Positions 36,039 to 43,578 of a stretch of 45,048 bases of DNA are shown here, in pieces. Each line of letters starts with the position of its first letter. Position 1 is the first letter of the stretch. Source of the stretch: Planctomycetota bacterium (GTDB taxonomy: Bacteria; Planctomycetota; Phycisphaerae; Sedimentisphaerales; Anaerohalosphaeraceae); the NCBI GenBank assembly GCA_023143375.1, contig JAGLHQ010000027.1:1-45048 (forward strand). The letters run 5' to 3'. The notes below the pieces were generated by a model, which saw only the letters and a program-made list of their open reading frames with translations, had not been told where the DNA came from and made no database searches. The translations under genes were made by a program, and so were the position numbers.

Positions 36039-36623
36039 CTATCTATCTATATTCATCAAACCAAGAACCTCGCTGCGGCTTCTCGGATCACGGATAAATA
36101 TACCACGCAACGCAGATGTCACCATCGCAGACCCAGGCTTCTTTATACCGCGGATCGTCATGCAGCTATGCGACGCTTCGATAACAACCGCAACGCCCTT
36201 AGGCATAAGGCTCTCCATCAGAAAATCCGCGATCTGGCTGGTCATCCGCTCCTGAACCTGCAGCCGACGAGCAAAACAATCCAGGATACGCGCAAGCTTG
36301 CTGATACCAAGAACCTTACCGTCAGGAAGATACGCAATATGAGCCTTACCCATAAAAGGCATCATGTGATGCTCGCAAACACTGTAAAAAGGAATATCAC
36401 GCAGCAGAACAACCTCGTCATAATCCTCATGGAAGACACTGGTTATATGATCCTTAGGATCGTGGCTCATACCCGCAAGCAGTTCCTGATACATACGAGC
36501 AACACGCCCCGGAGTATCACGCAATCCCTCTCTACTGGGATCTTCGCCAACAGCGATCAATATCTCACCAACAGCCTTCTCAATACGTTCCAGATCAACC
36601 TTTCGTTCCGGTTCCTGACTCAT
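36039..36623 (-). CDS. folE: GTP cyclohydrolase I
   Basis: '[18 protein letters not shown]', '[12 protein letters not shown]', '[11 protein letters not shown]'. The ATG at 36623 is preceded by AGAGG. Confidence 0.9.
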   Translation of the reverse strand: MSQEPERKVDLERIEKAVGEILIAVGEDPSREGLRDTPGRVARMYQELLAGMSHDPKDHITSVFHEDYDEVVLLRDIPFYSVCEHHMMPFMGKAHIAYLPDGKVLGISKLARILDCFARRLQVQERMTSQIADFLMESLMPKGVAVVIEASHSCMTIRGIKKPGSAMVTSALRGIFIRDPRSRSEVLGLMNIDR

Positions 36624-36660
36624 AACAACCTCTTTCAAAATTACTTTTGTTCTACAATTT

Positions 36661-36712
36661 GTCATCCCAGCGAAAGTTGTAAATCCGCCTTTGGAGGGCT
36701 GGGATCCATTTG
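36661..36712 (+). repeat. Family C repeat, copy C2 (long-loop hairpin upstream of folE)
   Basis: gtcatcccagcgaaagttgtaaat...gctgggatccattt. The flanks match C1 and the loop is shorter. Confidence 0.8.
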
Positions 36713-36768
36713 TTCAATAAAAACTTGTCTCATCGTAGGATGGGCAAATTTTTTGCCCATGCGGTTCT

Positions 36769-36957
36769 TTATCTTTTTTTCTTGATTATATATATAAAGC
36801 CCGCCGCTATCACAGTCAAACATCCAATACCAAAAAGGATAGGATGCTTATCAAGGATAGGTACGAAAGGGGCTATCATAATTGTAATGACGGGCATAAA
36901 AAGAATGATGATTATCAAACCGATAACATCCTTTTTGCCGCTCCAACTTAAGCCCAT
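36769..36957 (-). CDS. Small two-TM membrane protein (hypothetical)
   Basis: 62 aa with two hydrophobic helices and a KKKR tail. ATG is preceded by AGGGAG at about -8. No family was recognised. Confidence 0.4.
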   Translation of the reverse strand: MGLSWSGKKDVIGLIIIILFMPVITIMIAPFVPILDKHPILFGIGCLTVIAAGFIYIIKKKR

Positions 36958-36980
36958 TCTGTATCTCCCTTTTATCTTTT

Positions 36981-37052
36981 AAATCTCTGTGTTCTCTATG
37001 CCCTCTTTTTCCTCTGTGGCAAAAATACCTTTTTATCCAGCCGAAGGCTGGA
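36981..37052 (+). repeat. Family B repeat, copy B2 (3' flank of pepA)
   Basis: aaatctctgtgttctctatgccctctttttcctctgtggcaaaaatacctttttatccagccgaaggctgg. Roughly 90% identical by eye to B3. Confidence 0.85.
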
Positions 37053-37096
37053 ATTACCGTCTCATTCGTGCCTTTTTGTGTTAATTCGTGGCTGAA

Positions 37097-38623
37097 TTAT
37101 TTCTTCGCCTCGTTCAATACAAAATTCGTCAGCAGCCGAACGCCAAACCCCGTCGAACCGACACTGCCGAACTCGCTGGCACTATCGAACATATCAACGC
37201 CCGCCATGTCGATATGAGCCCACTTCGTATCACCGACAAACTCGCGAAGGAACGACCCTGCCGTACTCGCTCCGCCCCACCTGCTGCCGATATTTTTAAG
37301 GTCGGCGATCTTGCTCTTGATCTCCTTACTATACTCATCGCCGCAAGGAAGATGCCAAACTTTTTCGCCGCTCTGCTCGGATGCCTTTTGCAGCTTCTTA
37401 ACAAGCTCGTCATCGTTGCTCATAAGCCCCGCCATATACTTACCAAGCGCAACCATACACGCACCCGTCAGCGTCGCCATGTCAACGATACAATCGCACT
37501 TCTGCTGCACCGCATAATGCAAGCCGTCACAAAGGATCAAACGGCCCTCGGCATCGGTGTTCTGCACCTCGATAGTCTTACCGCTATACGACGTAATAAT
37601 ATCCCCAGGCCGGCAAGCCGCTCCCGAAGGCATATTCTCCGCCGATGGAATGATACCGATAACATTAACCGCAGGCTTAAGCTCAGCGATAGCCTTCATC
37701 GCACCAAGCACTCCAACCCCGCCGGACTTATCGAACTTCATATCCTGCATGCCCGCAGATGGCTTAATGCTTATCCCGCCGGAGTCGAATGTGATCGCCT
37801 TACCAACAAGCCCGATCTTTTTAGACGTTTTCTTTTTCGAAGTATACTTTAGAACGATCATCCGAGGCTTATTCGACGAACCGGCACCGACTGCCAGTAT
37901 ACCGCCCATCTTTTTCTGTTTAAGCTGCTTATCATCGAACACCGTACAGCTAAGCCCCGGCGTGCCCCTGGCAACCTTTTTCGCGATCTCCGCAAGCCCC
38001 TTCGGATTAATAACATTGCCAGGCCGATTCGCTATCGTCCTCGCAAAGCTCTGCACCTGACCGATGATGACCCCGGCCTTTACGCCCTTAGATATCTGCC
38101 TTGCCTTCGCCGCATCGCCATCGACGATGCTCGCTTTCAAGCTGCCAAGTCTATCGTCATCGCCTTTACCGACAAACTCGTCATAACGATAGCTGCCGAA
38201 ATATGCCCCTTCCGCCATCACCTGACCAGCCGTCTCGCCGTCGATCTTCTTACCCACAGCCTCGCTGATCGCGATCACTATTGTTTTCGCCTTAAGACCC
38301 ACTGCCTTGCTGACGCTCATCGCCGCCGCGTTGCGAACATCGCCTGCCTTAAGCTCTTTCTTTTTGCCGAGCCCCACCAGCAAAACACGCTTAGCCGCAA
38401 TTTTGCCGTCGCCATAGATTATCGCAGTCTCTTTCACACCAGCCTTAAAGTCGCCAAGCTTCTTAAGCTTTTCTATCGCACCGCCAACCTTTTTATCGAT
38501 CGCCTTGCAAAGCTTGTTCGTCTTATCGTCGCTAAAAACCCCAACCGCAAGCACGTCAGCCTTAACCTCGATCGCATTAGCCTTCCTCGCCGTAACCGTT
38601 ACATTAATAATCTCTTTAGCCAT
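37097..38623 (-). CDS. pepA: Leucyl aminopeptidase (M17)
   Basis: 'VGKAITFDSGGISIKP', 'NTDAEGRL', 'ATLTGAC'. 508 aa. Confidence 0.9.
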   Translation of the reverse strand: MAKEIINVTVTARKANAIEVKADVLAVGVFSDDKTNKLCKAIDKKVGGAIEKLKKLGDFKAGVKETAIIYGDGKIAAKRVLLVGLGKKKELKAGDVRNAAAMSVSKAVGLKAKTIVIAISEAVGKKIDGETAGQVMAEGAYFGSYRYDEFVGKGDDDRLGSLKASIVDGDAAKARQISKGVKAGVIIGQVQSFARTIANRPGNVINPKGLAEIAKKVARGTPGLSCTVFDDKQLKQKKMGGILAVGAGSSNKPRMIVLKYTSKKKTSKKIGLVGKAITFDSGGISIKPSAGMQDMKFDKSGGVGVLGAMKAIAELKPAVNVIGIIPSAENMPSGAACRPGDIITSYSGKTIEVQNTDAEGRLILCDGLHYAVQQKCDCIVDMATLTGACMVALGKYMAGLMSNDDELVKKLQKASEQSGEKVWHLPCGDEYSKEIKSKIADLKNIGSRWGGASTAGSFLREFVGDTKWAHIDMAGVDMFDSASEFGSVGSTGFGVRLLTNFVLNEAKK

Positions 38624-38695
38624 CTCTATTCCCTTAAAATATTTTAAATCGTCTCCGCGTTAGCGGATTCCATAATTTTACTTTCTATCTCTTTT

Positions 38696-38766
38696 AAAAC
38701 TCTGTGCTCTCTGTGCTCTCTTTTTCCTCTGTGGCAAAAATAACCTTTTATTCAGCCGAAGGCTGA
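38696..38766 (+). repeat. Family B repeat, copy B3 (5' flank of pepA)
   Basis: aaaactctgtgctctctgtgctctctttttcctctgtggcaaaaataaccttttattcagccgaaggctga. Shorter relatives occur at 31141-31170 and 35881-35910. Confidence 0.85.
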
Positions 38767-38897
38767 AACAATTCGTGCTTTCTCCGTCCTTAAAAACTTA
38801 TGGAGTCTTGTTCGCGGCATTGCTCAGACAGCCAAAGTAATAGATTGATTATCTGCCTATTAGGCAGTTCGTGACCAAATCTGTTTTTATTCTTTAA

Positions 38898-40011
38898 TTA
38901 CTTGCTCTTTGCACTAGACCGAAAGCGAAGATAGCTTTCGATAAACCCTTCTATATCACCATCCAGCACATTGTCAACATTTCCCTTTTGAAAATCTGTG
39001 CGATGGTCCTTTATCATCTGATATGGCTGCAAAACATAGCTGCGAATCTGGTTACCCCATGCGATCTCGCCCTTATTACCATACAGTTTGGCCGTCTCAG
39101 CATCGCGTTTTTGCTGCTCAAGCATACGAAGTCTGCCTTTAAGCATCTTCATCGCCTGCGCCTTATTCTTATGCTGGCTCCGATCGTTTTGACACTGCAC
39201 AACGATATTTGTCGGCAGATGTGTTATTCTAACTGCAGAACTTGTCTTGTTAACATGCTGGCCGCCGGCTCCGCTGGCCCTGTAAAAATCGAACCGAAGA
39301 TCGTCATCGTTTATCTCCGTCTCGACATCGTCTTCGTATTCAGGAACAACATCGACCGCCGCAAAGCTCGTATGTCGTCTCTTCTGCGAATCGAACGGGC
39401 TTATCCGCACAAGCCGATGCACCCCGCTCTCGCATGAAAGCTTACCGAACGCAAAATCGCCGCTAACACGCATTGTGATCGAACGAATCCCCGCCTCCTC
39501 GCCCGGCGTAATATCAAGCTCCTCATACTTATACTTGTTCCGCTCGAAATATCGCGTGTACATTCGCAGCAGCATACTCGCCCAGTCGCAGCTCTCGGTA
39601 CCACCCGCTCCGGCATGAATGCTCAAAAAGCACCCACGCATATCGTCCTCACCGCTAAGCATACCCGCAACTTCGATCTTATCGCACTTGGCAGAGACCG
39701 TTTTTATATCCGCTTCGATGCTCGACAGAGTCTCGGCATCCTTTTCTTCCTCTGCAAGTTCCATAAGCTCGGCCAGATCCGTTCCCGCAAAGGCTATCTC
39801 GTTAACAGGAACCGTGATGCTCTTAACCGCGCTAAGCTGAGCGACAACTTTACGCGCTGAATCAGGATTATCCCAGAAACCGACCGCAGCGATCTTAGAC
39901 TCTAATTCGTTTTGGAGGGCTGTTTTGGCAGGTAAGTCAAAGCCAGTCCCGGATCGTTGATATCCGGGCCGTCAACTCGCTTATAGATGTCTTTAATTCG
40001 TAAATTTCCAT
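38898..40011 (-). CDS. prfB: Peptide chain release factor 2, made via a programmed +1 frameshift
   Basis: ORF0 (40011..39940) encodes MEIYELKTSISELTARISTIRDWL and is followed by TGA. The +1 frame from 39938 runs in phase into the 38898..39764 ORF. 'RISPFDS' (SPF) and 'SGAGGQHVN' (GGQ) are present. Confidence 0.9.
39936..39942 (-). promoter_or_regulatory. prfB autoregulatory recoding site CTT TGA C
   Basis: The minus strand reads ...CGG GAC TGG CTT TGA C..., identical to the canonical RF2 slippery/stop heptamer. Only a weak SD-like GGGA lies upstream. Confidence 0.85.
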
Positions 40012-40084
40012 GTATCGTCTCCTTTGCCGTCTGAATGCCATACGATACAATAAAAATAGTAAATATGAAATAATAAATTGAAAA

Positions 40085-40120
40085 TAAAAAAAGGGCTGTA
40101 AGCTTCCCAACTTACAGCCC
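40085..40120 (-). terminator. Rho-independent terminator after the PEP-CTERM gene
   Basis: The minus strand reads GGGCTGTAAG-ttgggaag-CTTACAGCCC followed by TTTTTTTATTTT. The stem is 10 bp. Confidence 0.8.
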
Positions 40121-40177
40121 GCACAACATGAAGTTTTTCTCTACTAATCTCCGCTTCTTCGCTTTACTAATTTACTG

Positions 40178-40888
40178 TTATTGTTCGCACCTTCGTCTGC
40201 GTAACACAAACCCGCCAAGACCAAGCAACAGCATACTCGCAGGCTCTGGAACAGGTTTGACTGACTCTACCATTACCACAAAGTCATCGTAGTTTGCGCC
40301 GCCCGCTAATTCATCTTCCCACGCAAGGACATATTCGCCAGTGCCCCATACGCCCGGAGCCCATGGACCTATCTGCACTTGATCGGTGTCGGGACCCTGA
40401 TATGCCATCATGTGATCGACGCTGTCTGCGTTTAAACTCGTATCGCTATGCCACAGTCCGTCACCGGTTTGCAAATAGTAACCGAACGAAGTTCCGCCAA
40501 GGTTTATTGGTGTAGGCTGTAAATTTAACCAAACATCTCCGGCAGCAGTTATAGACAACAGAGCCTGACCGCCGGAGATCATTGAACCTTCAAACAGTTC
40601 GACATACTGATTACCGGAATAAATTCCGAAACCGCTGCCTATTACAGGACTCGACAATTCGAAGATCAAACTGGAAACCGATCCGCCGGTAGCACCGATC
40701 TCCCAATATGAATCACCTGCATCGCCAATATAATCGTTCGCTACGTCAACCGAAGAGTTACCGCCTATGGTAACAACGTCAAGAATGCCTTGCAGCGCCG
40801 CACCGCCATCACTGAATACCGTTGTTGCAGATACTACACCGGAAACAAACAGCAAACATAAGCTCATGATTAAAACTTTTCTTTTCAT
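40178..40888 (-). CDS. PEP-CTERM-anchored secreted protein with a DUF4114-like domain
   Basis: Signal peptide. 'FGYYL...WHSDTSLNADSVDHM' and 'LAWEDELAGGANYDDFVVMV' are DUF4114-like. The C-terminal sorting signal is 'VPEPASMLLLGLGGFVLRRRR'. The ATG at 40888 sits behind AAGGTG; the track start is GTG. Confidence 0.8.
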   Translation of the reverse strand: MKRKVLIMSLCLLFVSGVVSATTVFSDGGAALQGILDVVTIGGNSSVDVANDYIGDAGDSYWEIGATGGSVSSLIFELSSPVIGSGFGIYSGNQYVELFEGSMISGGQALLSITAAGDVWLNLQPTPINLGGTSFGYYLQTGDGLWHSDTSLNADSVDHMMAYQGPDTDQVQIGPWAPGVWGTGEYVLAWEDELAGGANYDDFVVMVESVKPVPEPASMLLLGLGGFVLRRRRCEQ

Positions 40889-41501
40889 CTTCTTCACCTT
40901 TCAAATCGTCGCACCCAACCGCTCTTACATAAAAGCGCAATTCGCGCGCACACTCTCCGTACTGATTTTGATAGGTCGTTTGAATTTGTTTGCATCGAAA
41001 CGCCAGGTCCGCGCACAATCACCGCACGAAAGTCGTTGTATGCAAACAGTTACGAAACTTCTGCACAATCAAACGAAAAAACACAAATAAATTATGCAGG
41101 CAAGACATGATAAAATCACGAGCGCACAAAAACCGGCACAAAATCTTGCCCATTTTTCCGCCTCATCTCCAGGTAGTTTCCAAACCCCCGTCCCAATGAT
41201 ATGCAGTAGAACTAAAAACAACGTCCCACTGATAAATACAATATAACCAAATCGATACCAATTGTCAAGGAAAAAATTCTATTTTAAAACTTTTATTTGC
41301 ATCCAAAAAAAAAATTGAAAATAGCATCGTCAAACGCATTTGCATATTTGCACAGAGAAGCCGTTTTCTACCGCACTAATTAACAAAAAAAACGCTAAAG
41401 TGTCTGCGTATTATTGCCGAATACAGATATATGGTTTTACTGTCACTACATAGGTCACTTTCGCCGAAGAACAACGTCCCATAACTCTAAGGGGAGCTAA
41501 T

Positions 41502-41930
41502 ATGTTAAAAATTAAAAACATAATGCAAACAGATCTGGTAATCGTCAGGAAGAACACGCCCGTCACCGAGGCCCTTGAACTGATTGTCAAGCACAAGATT
41601 ACCGGACTGCCGGTCGTGGAAAAAAATATGGAACTGGTGGGCATAGTTTCAGAAAAGGACCTCTTATGCATCGCATACCAATTAATAACAGGAACACCAA
41701 CCGAGATGCAGAACAAAACAGTTGAAGCGTTCATGTCAAAAAACATCACGGCTTTCAGGCCCGACGACAATCTCGCAGACACATGCCAGTGCTTTATAGA
41801 AAACCCTTTCAGAAGAGTGCCCATCGTTGACGGCAGAAAACTTGTAGGGCTAATAACAAGAAAAGACGTCATCATCTCTGCGATCGGAAAAGACAGGCTC
41901 GTAGCAAGAGCCAACGCCTTCTCGAACTAA
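41502..41930 (+). CDS. CBS-domain pair protein
   Basis: 142 aa with two CBS repeats ('VTEALELIVKHKITGLPVV', 'FRRVPIVDGRKLVGLITRKDV'). Strong SD AAGGGGAG. Confidence 0.8.
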   Translation: MLKIKNIMQTDLVIVRKNTPVTEALELIVKHKITGLPVVEKNMELVGIVSEKDLLCIAYQLITGTPTEMQNKTVEAFMSKNITAFRPDDNLADTCQCFIENPFRRVPIVDGRKLVGLITRKDVIISAIGKDRLVARANAFSN

Positions 41931-41970
41931 CAAGGCGATTCGCCCAAATACAAATAACTATTTTCTTTCT

Positions 41971-41992
41971 AAGCCAAAAAACGTTGGCTTTT
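41971..41992 (+). terminator. Weak hairpin/terminator candidate after the first CBS gene
   Basis: AAGCCAA-aaaacg-TTGGCTT followed by TT. The stem is AT-rich and the U-tract is short. Confidence 0.3.
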
Positions 41993-42062
41993 CCACTATC
42001 CATCTCTATCATATACAATTGATAGAATATGAATTCATGCTCTCGATCTAAGTGGAGACAAA

Positions 42063-42548
42063 ATGAGCGAATCCAAATCACCCAGCCAAAGCGCCGTAGA
42101 ATCAAGATACCTCGTTATGCCAGACCAGGCAAACCCCTCAGGAACCGCCTTCGGAGGAGTCATCATGGGCTGGATAGACATGGTCGCTTCGCTCGCCGCA
42201 CAAAGACACAGCAAAACAAACATCGTCACCGTAGGCATCGACTCGATAAACTTTAGACATCCGATCTATATCGGCGATCATGTACTGCTTAAAGCATGCG
42301 TAAACTATGTCTCACGAACATCGATGGAAGTAGGTGTCCAGGTCATAAAAGAAAACCCGCTAACGGGAAAAACTGCAAGAGCAACCACCGCACACCTCAC
42401 TTTTGTGGCGCTCGATGAAAACAGAAAACCAACACCCGTAATACCCGTCCTGCCGGAAACCGACGATGAAAAAAGAAGGTACGAAAATGCAAAGCTGCGG
42501 GTCAAAACAAGAAAAGAACTCTTAAAGAAAATAAGGACCGCCGACTAA
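42063..42548 (+). CDS. Hotdog-fold acyl-CoA thioesterase (YciA/acyl-CoA hydrolase type)
   Basis: 'VMPDQANPSGTAFGGVIMGWIDMVASLAA', 161 aa. SD GTGGAG. Confidence 0.8.
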   Translation: MSESKSPSQSAVESRYLVMPDQANPSGTAFGGVIMGWIDMVASLAAQRHSKTNIVTVGIDSINFRHPIYIGDHVLLKACVNYVSRTSMEVGVQVIKENPLTGKTARATTAHLTFVALDENRKPTPVIPVLPETDDEKRRYENAKLRVKTRKELLKKIRTAD

Positions 42549-42691
42549 AACCCGCTGGCACGATAAACGCTTTTTTATGGGACGAACACAAAACAAGCTT
42601 GATCCATTGGTGAAAAATATAGTAAAGTCCGTAGCAATATTGACCGAAAAACTATTATAAAAGCAACAGAACTGCCGTTAAGGAATATGCA

Positions 42692-43102
42692 ATGAGATGG
42701 ATCAATGACATTATGATAGCGGACGTAGTGACCGTCGAAAAGGGAACATCTGTCACCGAAGCCATTGAGAAACTGGTAAAGTCTAACATAACGGGCCTGC
42801 CGGTTGTAAACAACAACGACGAGGTCATTGGGATCATTTCTGAGAAGGATGTTTTGGCACTTGCGATTCAAATCCAGGAAGGAACTTGCCCGTCACAAGG
42901 TGAAGGCATGCTCGTCGAAGATTTCATGACAAAGGACGTAGTGACCATAGAAGCCACAGAATCCATGACCGCCCTTTGCTCGTGTCTCATAAAAAACGAG
43001 TTCAGAAGGCTCCCGGTCATGTTAAATGGCAAGCTGGTAGGCATAGTAACAAGAAGGGATGTCATCTCGTACATCTTCGATATACACCGCGAAAACCAGT
43101 AG
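42692..43102 (+). CDS. CBS-domain pair protein (paralogue of 41502..41930)
   Basis: 136 aa. 'VTEAIEKLVKSNITGLPVV' and 'FRRLPVMLNGKLVGIVTRRDV' parallel the first CBS protein. Confidence 0.8.
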   Translation: MRWINDIMIADVVTVEKGTSVTEAIEKLVKSNITGLPVVNNNDEVIGIISEKDVLALAIQIQEGTCPSQGEGMLVEDFMTKDVVTIEATESMTALCSCLIKNEFRRLPVMLNGKLVGIVTRRDVISYIFDIHRENQ

Positions 43103-43236
43103 TCAAACGCCTAATTCATCTCTTTTCCTTTGTTTTACTCTTTTTCCTTCATGGTTCACCATAGCTTTAGAGACGGCTGTAACGCTCAGCCCTTTTTCTG
43201 TCGCCTGCCTGGCAAAATCTTTCTTCCCGGCAGGCT

Positions 43237-43425
43237 TTAGAAGTTTTTTTCTATAAGTTCCTTAAGAACATTATTTTCCAGAGACAAGTCCGCATACATC
43301 TGTTTGAGTTTTTTGTTTTCTTCTTCGAGATTACGCATGCGTCTGATCTCACTAACCGTCATACCAGCCTCGGCTTCTTTGAGGATCGCCAGCATCTTCG
43401 TTTCATTAAATTTTGACCTTTTCAT
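43237..43425 (-). pseudogene. IS3-family orfA (transposase helper) relic with an internal deletion
   Basis: 'MKRSKFNETKMLAILKEAEAGMTVSEI' joins directly to the leucine-zipper part 'RRMRNLEEENKKLKQMYADLSLENNVLKELI'. The ~25-aa HTH recognition segment normally between them is missing. There is no orfB and I found no IS ends. Confidence 0.6.
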
Positions 43426-43578
43426 AAAGAGTTCCTTTCATAATGCAACACAATATTATATCAGAACTCTCCAGTTAACAATGTTCAATTATATGGGGTA
43501 CCTACCTACACAGTCTAAATCAGCACAAGGCACGCTTCCCCTGAGAAATGAACGCAGAAGATGCTTTTAATTCGCGGA

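Noticed and set aside
37088-37852. 254-aa plus-strand ORF; similar long antisense ORFs lie at 31795-32469, 36168-36785, 35137-35670 and 41411-41914
   Set aside because: Each is antisense to a gene with strong motif evidence (pepA, ugd, folE, the PTPS-like gene, the CBS gene). They have no recognisable domains and a biased R/L/I/T composition.
40988-41012. Sigma-54-like promoter (minus strand CTGGCGTTTCGATGCAA) about 100 nt upstream of the PEP-CTERM gene
   Set aside because: The GG-to-GC spacing is one nucleotide shorter than the canonical TGGCAC-N5-TTGC arrangement, and the -12 element reads ATGC rather than TTGC. It is not convincing without experimental TSS data.
43203-43235. GCCTGCC...GGCAGGC hairpin between the second CBS gene and the IS3 relic, as a bidirectional terminator
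   Set aside because: The 7-bp stem has a 19-nt loop and an interrupted T-run. It is too weak to call as a terminator, so it is left unannotated.
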